Shown here: piece by piece, positions 22,886 through 36,800 of the stretch
Position numbering within the stretch: position 1 is the stretch's first letter
Layout of the letters: the number at the start of each line of letters is the position of its first letter
Source: Somniosus microcephalus
Lineage: Eukaryota
Reading direction: 5' to 3'
DNA: 63,697 bases
Assembly: GCA_052327205.1 (NCBI GenBank)
Contig: CM126204.1
Span: 78,678,304 to 78,742,000, forward strand
The notes under the pieces: generated by a model
What the model was told of the DNA's origin: nothing
What the model saw: the letters and a program-made list of their open reading frames with translations, nothing else
The model's database searches: none
Position numbers and translations under genes: made by a program

Positions 22886-25800
22886 CCCAAACTGTGGGGA
22901 CGGAATCATTAATAACTTGCATTTATATAGTGTCTTAACATACTCAGGGTCTGTAACCCGTGCCTTTAAGGCTGTTTCCAAGGTGCATATCATGTTCCAC
23001 TGAAAGGAAAATCAGACTGCACCATGCCGCTCCGAAGGTAGAAGTGAGGTCTGAGAAGGACCAACGATAAATCCTTACCTTTTTTCTTGCTTCTAAAGGA
23101 GCAAGAGGGGCTTTTATTTGTAGGTAATTGACCCTCTCTGGGTTTGATTACCTCTCCCTGGTACAGTCCTGGGTCTTTATAAAGGCCCTCAATGAAACTA
23201 AGACCAGGTCTGAGCTGGAGAGTTCTGATGGGTTTCATCGGGAGTTACCAAGTGGAACTCTTAGGGTAGTAATGGAACTCACCCAGACACACCTCATTGA
23301 TTTAGGGGTGCAGGTAGAAAGCTATCTTGCTTCTCTTCCCCCCCAAGCTAACCGTAAGGTCATAGGGAAGAGAGATGTCTGGGCAAGCTACAAGATGGTT
23401 ACCAACAGCAGTGGAACCACATTCAGCATGAATCCTTGCCTTCAAGACATGGAAAAATGTCTTTTTAACACAAGAAAGCATAGCATTAGTACTTAACTTT
23501 TTTTTTTTTTTAAAAACAGCATCCAATCAAATTTTATGTTAATTCAATTTGATCTCTTCATATTAAAGTAATCAAATATATTAGATGTGTCAGCTACCCG
23601 AAAAAAATAACAAATTCTTCAAGAAACTGAAATCTGTTACACCAAAAAGTGCAATGTGACCAATTCCCTATATCAAAGAACAATCCCTTTGAACAAAATA
23701 CACCTTCAGACCACTTTTAAAGATATCCTCTGTCCAAGTTAAATTATGCTCTCTAAAAACAAAATTCATTGGAGCCATTTGTATTTTATTTTAAACTTTT
23801 TATTTTAAATGCTTCAAGAAAAACAAGAGGTAATACAGCATGTATACAACAGGACATAATTACATATAGCTTCCAAGAAGCAAAACACTAGATATACAGT
23901 TGTTATACAGTTCATTCACAGTGCTAAACTCAGTTAAATGATTCAAATCTAGTGTAGACAATAAAGAAACTCTCCCCAACCAAGGTTCCAGGAAAGAACA
24001 GTAGTTGAACAGAGCTGCAAAAAAAGGGATAAAACGCTGGGTAAAAATGTGCTGCACCCTCCATTCAAACAACTGTCCAATCATTATAAACTACTTTAAA
24101 GTATGCTCTTTGTACAGGTCATACTCTGCTGCCCATCCGTCCTAATGCCTTGAGTTATCGGCACAAAATGGCTATATCCAAAATGGCTTTCCAGTTTTGC
24201 TGGTATTTAAGACACAAGCAATTCTCCAAAGATGGATTTAATCTCCCGTGACGATGGAGCCCCAGTAGTCTGAAAGTAGTTTTACAGGCTGATTATATAT
24301 CCGTTGAAATGTGTTATACTTCAGAGGGCCATGGGCCATCTTGTCAAGATTTACCTTGTGTCACTGATATGCAGCCATCCTTATTAATAAAGTGTTGGAA
24401 TATGCCATTCTGTTCAAGCATCCAATTTAGTGGATTATTTTTCAAGGGTGCAGAGAACTTTACATACATTAATCTGTATTTAGAGAACTACCGATGAATC
24501 CTACAATTTTTACTTTGCTTATACAAAAGAAACAATAAAATTGGGGTCATCTTTTCACGATGCCTAGTTGTCTGATGCTTCTTCAGTAGAAGTGAATGTT
24601 GCTCCCATTCAAACCACTAGAAGTCTCCAAGCAATAAATATTTAGATGGATTAAGCAATACAATTTCTCCTTAGAGCTAGATAAGAATAGGATGATTCAC
24701 ATTAAGGCAGCCTTATGGGCTGCTCTACACAAAGCTTCCATCAAAAACCCATGAAGGCAATGACATGGAAGTAGCTTAAACACACTTATGGTGGAACTCC
24801 AATCCTCAAGCTAATGTAGCTTTGACAGAAAGGTCCTACAAACACTTGTGACATAAACAAAATCCCCACTAATTACTTCTCCTTACACTTTCCCTCATCC
24901 AGGAAGGATGAAAAAAATGACCATTACCGTCTAAAAATCACTGAACACAACAAATTAAATAAAATCATTTTATGGTTGGGTTTCAACATCTACCTGGGGT
25001 TAACAACTGTAACTTAAAAATCAGTGAAGACACCAAATTTGTTCTTTAAGGGAGTCATCATCTCCTGGCTAGAGCAATGAAAAGTTTGAGACTATGCCTG
25101 AATCCTCCCAGTTTCAAAGAGACTGCTGCTGTGCATCATTACTGCAGAACATAAACAATGGCACAAGAACCACTAAATTATTCAATTTTACTGAATGTAA
25201 ATAGTTTGCACTAAGATTAATTATGCAAACCAAAACAAAAAAGTGGGCTCAATAGAAAGTACACACATTGATACATGAACCAAAAGCTATGTGCAAGCTG
25301 CAAGAACTGAGAAACTTGGGATGTTGATGAATGAATTGTGTCCAATATAGGTAATTTCAAAATAAATTGGATGTGACTTGCTCTTCTGACCTCACACACC
25401 ATTACTAGGACAATCAAATGGAGAGACAATTTGCTCCTTGGCCGCCAACAGTGCTGCTCAAACCACGGAGAGGTTACTGGCTGCAATTACCTCAAAGTTG
25501 TAATGCAGTAAAAATAGCATACTTGTACATTTTTGAAAAAAGTTTCACTATGAACCTGATTACACGTTCAATGAAAGGGGTACAAAGCACCAAATGTACA
25601 ATTGGGTAACGAATGGAAAATATGAATCTTCTATAAATGTTTACTAGGATATTTTCTGCCAAAGCCACTATATGGTTTTTGCCAAACACACTCACAAAAC
25701 AGTACCAATTATTTTGATCTTGAAATTCTTATATAGCTCGTAGAACACATGCATAATCCATTTTAAATCATCCAGTTGTTTCCAGCACAGAGCTGTTACT

Positions 25801-27849
25801 CAATACGTTGTCACTTCAGACAGGCAGGAGCAGAATAAGTATTTAAGGATAACATCTGGTACACATACAAGCACAACACTGAACAGCTTAGTTACAGAAA
25901 CATAAATAAGGCATATTTGAATCATTTTAATTACCCTTTCCTAGCCAACATATATACACGAGGATACAACAGTTCTAACCGATAGTCATACAGCACTTTA
26001 TCTGTTTAACGGATGACCAACTTGAGCAATGAATGCATTTTGCTTTTTAAATTATACTGATATTTAAAGTTCTACAAGTCTAAAAAAAGTTGGAGAACTA
26101 GAGGATAGTTTGTAATTCAAAATGTCAGAATAAAATAAATGTTTAACTATGTTGGTGTGTCAAACATGTTACCTAACTTAAAGTTCAACATTCATCCAAA
26201 ACAGAATTCTCAGTATTCAGATGTACGAGTGTTTTTAAGTTGTGAAAAATAAATTTATCACAATATTTACTCTTAACAGGGGCAACACTTTATAGAAGAA
26301 CTTTATTGGGAATAGCCACTCGAGAGATATAAATCTAGAATTTGATTTGTGCTCAGCTATTTGCTCCAATCTACAGTATGATTGAGGTGGAGTGTATGAA
26401 TCAAAAAAGTTAAAAAGCAGTAAAGTAACTAATTTTAATACTTCAAAGCCATTGAACAGATCTGAATTATGATCCTCCCAAGAACTATTAATTCTAGTGT
26501 ACACTGGTGATTCAACACAATACTTTAGGAATCATGCACATTGAATTCAGTCCATTTCACTTGGAATACTGCTATGGTCAACCAAAACTACATGAATCAG
26601 CCGTAAGAAAAATATCCAGTAATAGGCACCCTGATGGTGAGAAATATTCATTTAAAGGGGAACCTTTTCATAGCCATGGTTTTTGTCCCATATATTCTAG
26701 TGTTGCTGGTTTGATGAGGTTTCTATTTTATGCCTTTTTATTTTTTTTTAATAAAAAGACTTTTAAAACTATGCTAATTAATGTACCCATCACATGCCGA
26801 GCTACTAGATGTTAAGCTTTTGCAGTGTGTAGCCACAAAAGTTCTGTTATGGTAGCAGTCCAGACATTTCAAGCTGATTCCTTCTATCTGGGCATATAAA
26901 AAACACCTAACACACTTGAAGATATTTTGTATAACAACCATATATACACACACATTACTATACATACAATATAATATGCATTACAATATGTACAGTGTGA
27001 AAGTTCACAATCTTTTCAATGCAGAGACCCAACAAAAAGGCACTGCTCAACTCCTTGAGCTGGAGAATATGTGCTGGAGCACCAAAATGACAAGAAACCA
27101 GTTAAGGGGAAAGACAATTAAAATGTATTACCAAAAAACTCCTCAATGCTAAACCATTTGAGCATTCTTCTATAGTTCTATAAAGTGGAGCCCTTTCATG
27201 AAGAGCTACTTTAAAAAAAAAAAATGAATTGGAATGCGAGTAATGAATGGGCTGGAACCTGCCCTTTTAGTACATTTTGTCTTTCTGCAAAGCACTGTAA
27301 TGGAAAACAGTGATTTCTTTAGTGCAGGACTAAAGTTAGCATTTTATACTAACTTAGGTCCATCTGGAGTACTGAAGGAACATTAAAAGTTTTAGGAAAA
27401 CAGTGACAAGTTCGCTCTTGTTTGGGAGGAAGGGGTAAGAATGAAAGAGAGAAAGCACCAAGTGTTATATGGTTCTCCAATAGCACAGCTGAGATCAGGA
27501 AGTGTGGGTGTACTTGCATGAGAGTTGGGAAACTGCAGCCACTATTTCACATCCTACCCCTTCCTCACTGCACATCACCCTGGAAAACAAACAACTTGCA
27601 CTAATTTTACTTATTTAAAAAACTCATCTTTAACTTGATCATCTCATTTCTTCACTGCTACATTTTTCTGATCACTCCAATTTTCCAATGCCTCCAAATT
27701 AAAAAAAAAACTAAAGAACTAAATATTTGCAGATAACATACCACAACACAAAACTGGGTTAAAACTCCACGACTCAAATAAAAGATGCTGAGAATTGTAG
27801 AGAATAAAAATTGACTGCAAGTAGAAATTTTCCTAAAACAATTTTCTCC

Positions 27850-28247
27850 AGTTATGCGAAAGGAGCTGGGATTGTTCTCCTTTGAGCAGAGACAGTCATG
27901 GGAAAATTTAAGAGATGTTCAAAATTATAAAGGGTTTTGATAGAGTAAATAAGGAGATACTGTTTCCACTGGCAGGTGGGTCTGCAACCAGGTGACACAG
28001 ATTTAAGATTAGCAAAAGAACCAGAAGCGAGAAGTTATGATCTGGAATGCGCTACCTGAAAAGGGCGGTTGAAGCATATTCAATCGTAGCTTCCAAAAAG
28101 GGAATTGGACATATACTTGGAAAGAAAAAAAATGCAGGGCTATGGGAAAAGAGTGGGGGAGTGGGAAGAATTAGACAGCTCTTTCAAAGAGCCGGCACAG
28201 GCACGATAGACCCAAATGGCTTCCTTCTGTGCTGCACGATTCTATGA
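27850..28247 (+). mobile_element. CR1 LINE 3' fragment
   Basis: gctgggattgttctcctttgagcagag...ctttcaaagagccggcacaggcacgat...attctatga. Confidence 0.8.
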
Positions 28248-29273
28248 ACTGAAAACAGTGACAGGTAACTACAAATACTATATTCCTACCGGTTAACAAT
28301 AGAACAGAAGAAAGGCATATTTGGGCCAATAGGTATTAATCTTTATGAAAACTATCTCCTGAACAGGAAAAAAAATCACAAAGAACTGTGGCTGCTATGC
28401 TACATTCACCAGCAAATTCTATTCAAGTCTTCTACCAATGTGGAAAAAATACTGTCTAGTCACATCAGTGCTCTGAAGCTCAGAGTACAAATGAAACATT
28501 CTAACAGGCAGAATGCAAAAAAGCATTTCCCTGCCATTCAGTAAATAGTATACCTTTGGATCCTCCTACGCTACACCGTTCAATAGTTGCTCCTACTCCG
28601 CCAGTCTACCTTGCTGCTCCAGCACACAGCTGTAATAATTATGAATAAAATACCCCATTACAAGTTCTGGAAACATCAGTTTCAATACACCACAAACACA
28701 TCAAACAGGACTGCAACTAAAAAGTCACAGAAGTCACTTTTTTTTTTACTTGAGTGCAAACATATAAAAACAATACTTAAATGATAATTCAAATTACAAC
28801 CATGATTAGGATACCAGTAATTAAATTTCTTTACTAGCTTTTCTCAGATTAACTTCCATTCAAATATTTTTTTTCATTCATTAGGCTGCAGCAATGCTGT
28901 TTAGCCCCTTCAGATTATCACAAATTTAAATATTTGTAAATGAGTTTGATATTTTTCTTTGCAGAACACAACTGTTAAAATGAGCTGCAAGCTAGACATT
29001 TCTCTTTGCAGGAACAGTGCAGCAATTTGCACTTCAAATAGAAAGTGAGCTTTTCGCTAGATTCACAAGTTATTTTTTTGCCAAAGATCTCTCAATGTTT
29101 CCCTCGATCAGGATACATATTTCTTAAATCGGGTGTGTGTGATCTTAGCCACAAGCAGACATGGATAATGCCCCTCAGTGATTAGAAATAGATTATGCAC
29201 CTTTCATACCATATAATGCCCCTTCTGAGAATGGATTAAACATATAGGAACTATGAAACTACTCAAATCTACA

Positions 29274-29455
29274 TAATTTCAACCTAAACCATCTGGTAGG
29301 AAACTGACTGGAGCCGATCAGCTGCCCATTTTACATCCTGCCCGATCTTGCTTTCCACTAACTTTAATGGAAAGTAAAATCAGACTGAGTTTAAAACAGG
29401 TGGCCGATCCGATGCAGTCAGTTTCTCGCCAGGCGGGTTAGGTCAAAATTACCCC
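29274..29455. mobile_element. Palindromic (foldback) MITE
   Basis: Paired arms taatttcaacctaa/ttaggtcaaaatta and gaaactgactg/cagtcagtttc, with central ctttcca..tggaaag. Confidence 0.7.
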
Positions 29456-30562
29456 TACAGTTGGGAAGCCAGCACTACTACTAAACTACTTCACCATATA
29501 TATTTCTAAAGGAAAATTGATTTGTGTAACCACAAGGTGTTCCACCAAAATCCTAAAATCATGCCAAAAAGCATGAAAGTGTCTGCAAAGTGATCAATCA
29601 CTAAACATAATTTATATACGTACAAACTTGGAAGCTTGAAGTTATAAATATACAAATATATACGATATCCCAAACCAATATGGCTTAGCGTACTAGTCCT
29701 GGCATAGCAGAGTGCTGTTAAATCAGCAGGCTATCAACTCAGTTGATACTGTTCTAGTAGTGTTAATATTGTATACTTGCCTTGCACTTCTCTTGGACTA
29801 CCGCCATTATGCATGCATATGCAGCGATGGTACCCCAAGATTAGAAAGCATCCAAGGTGTAGTCAACAATGCTTGGCAGACCAGTATACTTACCTATCAA
29901 GTCTACCTAATTAGTTATGCAACCAGGCAAGTATGATTGCTGCACTGATTCAAGCCACATATAGAATAGATTTTAGGGTATAGTGTTAGCTCCTCCAGTT
30001 ACAACTGGAGCCAATAGGTTAATCCACCTAAAAAGTGACCACCACTAATGAAGGTCTCCCTTACTGGCACATTAAACAGTTGCGTACCATGGATGCACGT
30101 GAGTTTTTAGAACTTAATTCACAAGGTAGTTTATCCTGGTGAGCACCACTCATACCACAACTATTAGAAATATTTATATAAAAATATTTTTTCTTTGATT
30201 AACAATGAAGACGCTGGTAATGGTATCGTTGGAAATTATACTTTGTGGTCAGAATGGACAGGAAAAATTATGACTATTTGTACATGTGGTGCCAACAGAA
30301 ATGCTCACACCCTCCCCCAAGGTTCAATGGATACATACATTATTGCACCGACCACACTGATTAGTTAGATCACGGTTTTGAATATCAGTCTGATTCAAGC
30401 TAGCCAATCTCAACCAATGGATCAGGAGAACAAAGACAGGGCTCCAATTCCCCAACGGTTATTCAGCAACCTCACTGGAACTGCCCAAGTGCATGCAGGT
30501 TCAACTGTGGTGCTCCCAGTGATAAACAATTTATTAATTTCCCTTGACAGCAAAGCTGGTTA

Positions 30563-30900
30563 AGACAGTGAGTAGGTGGAGCCATGGAGACCAGTATCAT
30601 TCAGGTTAGATTTGTGGTCTGTACTAGATTGACTCTCAGCCAGGTCAGTGTTTACAGCACTGCGTGCCCTTGGTTAAAAAGGCAAAAAAAAAAAGGTATA
30701 GCGTAAACACCCTTGATCACTAGCCAGCAATCCCTGCTGAAAGTGCGCACATGCGGAGAACACAGGAGGCACAGCTGTGATGCGCTCCATGGTAAAATAA
30801 CCAGCCAAACTCACTGTCTAAGTTCACAGATGAACAATGGCCACCTGGGTAAGTAGTGGAAGGCAGTTAGCACTCGTGAAAGCATACCCCAGTAAAAAGA
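30563..30900 (+). mobile_element. Old SINE-like repeat (related copies at ~35990-36405 minus, ~53672-54030, ~59350-59655)
   Basis: Shared blocks (ctcagcc/cttagcc, tgtgatgc, atggccac(c/t)tggg, ggtac). The copy at 53672 has a tRNA-like head, tggctcagcgagt. Confidence 0.5.
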
Positions 30901-31219
30901 AAATGGCCAGATAAAAAGGAGAAATTCAGAAATGTTTACTATCAAAAATCATAACTGAAGAAAGATCAGTTCACCAAGGTACACTGCATCACAACATAGT
31001 GTTTGCTTTTGAGAGAAAGGGGCAAGAAACAAGAAAGATATTTCAATGCAGGCTTTGTAATATCTTTCATGGCGATGGGGGAAGCACAGTATCTACACAT
31101 ATATAGCACGAGCAAGTTATAAGTAGGACCTACAGAAGTGGTACAAATTCATTTAAGAGCTGACCATCAACTATTTTCAATTATACAAGTGTGGCAGAGG
31201 GAGCTTTAATATGGGTTTA

Positions 31220-31612
31220 GGGTATAGTAGCATAGTGGTTATGTTATTGGACTAGTAAGCCAGAGGCCTGGACTAAGGATCCAGAGACAGAAGTTCAAAT
31301 CCCACCACGGCAGCTGGGGAATTTAAATTCAGTTAATTAAATAAATCTAGAATAAAAAGCCATCATCAGTAATGATGACCACAAAACTTTCAGATTGTCG
31401 TAAAAACCCATCTAGTTCACTAATTAGGGAAGGAAATCTGCCATCCTTACCCGGTCTGGCCTATGTGACTCCAGACCCACAACGTGGTTGACTCTCAACT
31501 GCCCTCTGTGGTTCATCAAGGTGGCTGACCACCATCATCTCAAGGGCAATTAGGGATGGACAATAAATGCTGGCCTTGCCAGTGATGTCCACATCCCATG
31601 AACAAATAAAAA
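31220..31612 (+). mobile_element. tRNA-derived SINE with LINE-derived tail
   Basis: A box tagcatagtgg (31228-31238) and B box gttcaaatcc (31293-31302). The last ~90 nt match the 3' end of the LINE at 4053-4143. Confidence 0.85.
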
Positions 31613-33609
31613 TACCACCCATGCACTTACTTACACATTTCCTCAAAAGATTGTTCACCATTTTGAAAACCTCAGAACCATAGAAATGAAGGGCAGGTAC
31701 AGTCTCAGCAACTGCATTTTAGTTACTTGCCATGGAGCGAGTTTTAATTTCTTCAAACTTTGACACTCACTATTACGAAAGTTATCAGTACTGCAATGTG
31801 GTTTTACCGCGAACCACCGGTATCAGGGGCACACTCCCCACGCTTCAGCTGCTTCCTGACCTGCTGATTTAAAAATATTTACAGTACCAGTGAGTCATGG
31901 ATTACAGAAGTTCAGGCTAATCCAGTGACAAAACACAGCTTTTGGAACACTGGCTGATTTAGACCTAGGGACTGAGCAGAGCTGAAAACCGTCCCAAAAA
32001 CCTTACACCTGAATTCTGCATTAGCCTTTTTGGTGAAATTTTGTGGTGAGAAGTGAGCCACATGCTTAGGCCAGGTACCCTTAAAATCAAACACTCCCAG
32101 GTCAGGTTTGAAACCGCCAGAGTAAAGTTGTCTCACATCTACCTTAATCCCAATCACATGAGAACACCCATCAATTTTTTGTGCCACTTCATACACTGAC
32201 CAACCTGATTTTCCAATTTATGCCAAGTAATTTTGCCTCATGAGCCTGATCTAAGCACCAGGTTAAGACAACTTGAGTTTATTTCACATAGGACCTTTAC
32301 AACCACCAGAGAGAAATGAGACTTTCACTCCATCAGTCTGGACTATATTGGAATCCAGGTCCCAGAGGTAAAAGGACAGTGCACTAACCTGCACCAATTG
32401 GTCCCAGCAAGTGAGATGACAGAACAACTAATATTTAATAGAGAATTTATAATCACGAGTGGTATAAACATAAATGCTATTAAAAGTATGTTTGTCTCAA
32501 AGGTTTAGTTTCCATTTCAATTGACTTTTTTTGAAAAGCAATGACATCATTTACCATGTGTCCTATCAGTATGAAACAACTTCAAAATACTAGCTTTTTA
32601 AAATAGTTGGCTTTAACTGCAGTAATCCAACACGCAGTTCATACTTCACAGCAATGTCACAAAAGACAATCAATCAGAGTTAATTTTTCAAGTGTAGGAT
32701 TCCTCCCCCACCCCACCTACTCTTTCAGAAAAAAATAGAATACATACTAAAACATTATGGAAATACTCCAAGACACATGTAGGTGTGATCACAAGCTGCA
32801 CCACAGAATGGTGGATTGCAGGCATGCCACCATAAATCTCTACACAATGAATTCCTGATTTCAGCCAAGCTATCTGGGGAAGGAGGGAGAAAAAAAACAC
32901 AACAAATCATTGTATGCAAAATAAAAATTTCATTGTGTATTAAAATCACTTGGATGAAGAAAATGATACAATTATATACAGATATGTGAAACTTGAACCA
33001 CAGTAACTACAGCAATGTACACTTCCACAGTGACTGGTTCATAAATTGACTGTCATCTGGTAAAGGGATAGCAAACTATGGGTCTTTGCAAGTGAATGAA
33101 AAAGCAGAATTGACTGCAACTGTGCAGATGTCCTGACTAAGGTTAGCATTGATGAGAGGAGAGGGAAGGGAAAAAAATTAATACCTTTGGTTCTACCAGC
33201 TTCTAGGGACTAATGATCTTGCATGAGTTTGATCATTTGGATCTTAATACAGAATTTAATGGATCTAACTAGTTAAAATCTGTTACATCTTCTCATATCA
33301 ATATTAAAGGCACAACTATTTTGATGAACAGATATTTGCTCCCCCACACCTTGGGGGTTTACAGTACATAGACTGCACTGGACAACAAACTATACAATTT
33401 TCACTCTGTAGCTTCATATGATGTTCAAGATAGAATATCATCTGTGAATCTTAAATCTACTGTATTCATTCCTGTGAATGGAATAGATTTAAGTGCAAAT
33501 TGTATTGTGAATATTTTCTGTTCACTAACATTTGTACATCTATACAATTTGACATCTGTAGCATTTGATTACGGATCAAAAAAACTCTGAAAATTGCATC
33601 TCACTGCAG

Positions 33610-33631
33610 TATATATATATATATATATATA
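33610..33631. repeat. (TA)n microsatellite
   Basis: tatatatatatatatatatata. Confidence 0.9.
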
Positions 33632-34391
33632 AAAAATTATATACAACAAAACTATCAAATCTGTGCAAGCTACTGCTAAGCACATTACAGTTTTGACTAT
33701 TTAACAAGAATCAAGTGCATTTCCACTGAAGTTTCTATTTACAATTGTAACAAATTGTGCAAGAGCTATTTACACAATTTAACTTAAAAAATGTAATTTC
33801 TCTTTGAATGTTAAGAAGGCTAGAGTTTACTTTTTTGGAGAACTGAATTCTCCCTCACTTTTCAGAACAGTGACCAGTTCTTAAAACTCACCCAACATGG
33901 CCAAGACCAATAACTAACAAAATTACAAAGCCAAAAGGAAATTTTTGCACCAGAATAATTTTGAAAATTCAGTGTGCTTACATTGGAAAATTACCAAAAA
34001 CATTGCTAGAACACTTAAAAATGACTCAAACAGAAAAGGTTTGTATGCAAGAATGACAAAGATGTTCAACTTAGTAGGCTTTTATACATTTTTACATATA
34101 AAAATGGAAATCTGGTCCAGTTTAAATCTTCTGTACAAATGATATTTGCCCAAGCCAATCAAATTTCCATTTTTTTGGTAAAAATACCCATCTTATTGGG
34201 ATACAATAACTAATGCTCTTGAAACCTGTTAAAATGAGTCCATTATCAAGAACTTCTAATAAATATTGGTCACCATTAATAAATTATCACATTTTTCTAA
34301 CCATTGCACCCTTAGCAGCTGTTCATATATATATTTCAGTGCCATGTACTAGTTGTGCGTTGTACCACTGCTATCCATTCGCCCATATTAA

Positions 34392-34469
34392 TTAGATTGT
34401 AGTTTCTTCTGGTGCGTGGAGTTCATTTTGTGAAGTAGAAACTTTTTCTAGTGAATCACGAGCAGCAAG
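34392..34469 (-). CDS. FLVCR1: FLVCR1 last coding exon (exon 10)
   Basis: Strong acceptor ttttttttttccctccag, phase 0. LAARDSLEKVSTSQNELHAPEETTI*; the ETTI end parallels the human ESAI end. Confidence 0.78.
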   Translation of the reverse strand, partial: LAARDSLEKVSTSQNELHAPEETTI

Positions 34470-36800
34470 CTGGAGGGAAAAAAAAATACCATATAACTGT
34501 TGCACAAGTTACCACTGGAAGAGTTAAAACAGTTTCCATAACATACTTGTTTCTAGCTACTACCCCGGCAAGTACTCTAGTAAGTAGTTATTGTAGAATA
34601 ATTCATTCACTGAAATATTAACAATTTCTTTAATGTTTCAGCAATGTTTTGCATACCTAGTCAACAGCTGTATACATTACCACCACCCTATTCTGGCTGC
34701 ATATAGTGATACCACTATTCCCAGCCAGAATGGAGCTGATTGGATAAGTCCCCATCAATCACTGTAGTAAGTGACTGGGATTGATTTTACGCACATAATT
34801 TGTATATGTAACTATGCTTCACTCACTGTATTTTGCTGGATAAATCACCCAGATTTTATCTGGCGACGTTGCTGTAGTTTCTGTGACGATTTCTGTTCAC
34901 TGTAGTTCATAAAGACTCTTTTTAAATAGGCTCTAAACTGTTTGTTTCAGTGCACTGAGTAAATAGAGACTTTGTTTGCTGTAAAATAGACTGCTGTGAG
35001 TCCTGCTTTAAGTCCCACCCTGTCATCAACTCATTGGCTGACAGAGGTGTCACTAGATTTATTTGTTTTGACCAAAGGGGGCAGTAGTCTATTTCCCCAA
35101 GGAAAACACATGCCCAATTTTTAAATTTCATTTGCTGCATCCATATCAGGTGAAGTAAAGAGAGGTAACTTGGCATATGGAAACTAATATGGAGTTAAGG
35201 TTTTTTGGGAAAACAGAAGACTATCATATAATTGCCTCATGAAGGATTCTGTATTATCATTACATATAGCGATACAAGCAGTTAGCTCAGGATTCACATG
35301 CAATCACAAACCAGAATCTGGTTTCTCATTTGAAGAGAAGACATTCCAATTAAAGACAGTGATTAAATTTTGCAAGCACTGATCCTGGAAAGCATTGGAG
35401 AACTGGGTGCAGAGGTCAGCATGTACTATTTGCAGTAAACTAATCTATGCACCTGTTGAGCAAGGATGCCCACTGGAAGCACACCCTCACAAAACTGACT
35501 TTACGTCAATTGTAGTTTGGAACCAAACACCCATATATGGCAGGTCCAGTACTTGAGGTCACTTGCTGCATGATGAGGTAGTACAACCACACTTCTGAAT
35601 TATTTAAATCCAGAGGTAAAACAGCAATGCCAACCATACACTGAACTTTGAGAGCTAGAGTTTTAGCAGGCATGTATGGGATAGGTTTTGAATTTTAGTA
35701 GAATATTTCAAGAAGCTCCAACACCCTTTTCTTAAGGGATGAGAATTCCAAGGCATTGTTTTGGATTTCCACTGGGAACCTCAAGATCCTTAGTCATGCA
35801 GACTTATGGAGCAGGATTCCCTATGGCTATTTCATGGTGCCTGTATTGAGCAAACCCATATAGAGAACTGCAGCAACAATTTGGCTATTTGAGTTCTAGT
35901 ATCTGTTTTTTTCTAGGTATCCTTGCACAGTAGAAACCCATCCTATAACCAGAATAATATGGATGGTTTGTGTGTATAAAAACTTGACATAATGGATTAG
36001 TACAATCCCACTGTTATTTTCAAGGCACAAAAATACATCATCTGTCTTAGCTATCCAGTTTTTCCTTTCTTCCCATTCCCCCCAATTTTCTTGCCTTTCT
36101 TTCCGAAGGCACTGACTACTTTTTAGGGTTTGAGCTAGCTGCCCTCTGGTACCATCCCAAGTGGCCATTCATCACGAGTCTAAAGAGCAAGAATCAGAAC
36201 ATTCAGCTGCTCAGACATCAAATCTGAGCTCAGTCCTATCCTTCAACATCTTTCCAGCAATGTTTGCTCAACAGAGATTAGGAGCAAGAACCCTGCTCAA
36301 ATTTCCCTTCACCCTGACTAGCTCTCCCAGAACTGAAAAGGGATATTCATGTCTATGTGGATCAACTATCACCGAGTTAGTTAGCCAAGCCATTGAGGAG
36401 GCTAACAAGTTTTAAAAAAAATAACAGATGCCTTGTCTTATTCTGGAGATTCTCCAAACTTAATTTGTAAGTCAGAAAACCAGCGCAGAATCTGCAAACA
36501 GTAAGTAAGGATTCCTCAAGTAGCATGGAAACTCCTATGGACCCTACTTGGTTTAAGGGAATAGTTCCAGAGTCCTTTAACTATTAAAAAGTGGAAGGCC
36601 ACCAGTCTTGCTGGTATGTCAATTTTTAGCTGGAAGGATGTGCATTTTAGATGTGTTCTTTGCATTTAGAGGAACGGAGCCTGGACAGTTGTCAATTGGC
36701 TAAGCACAAATCCTTGTGTCGAGTTTGAAATGAGCTCTGTAAAAATGCAACTTCAGAACACAAACAGGAGTGTTGGGTATGAGTCACTGGGAAAGATATT

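Noticed and set aside
31220-31310. tRNA gene
   Set aside because: A and B boxes are present, but the sequence continues into a SINE body and LINE tail, and no clean cloverleaf is evident.
35700-36580. Possible old inverted-repeat element around a SINE
   Set aside because: Similarity between the arms is too weak to define by eye.
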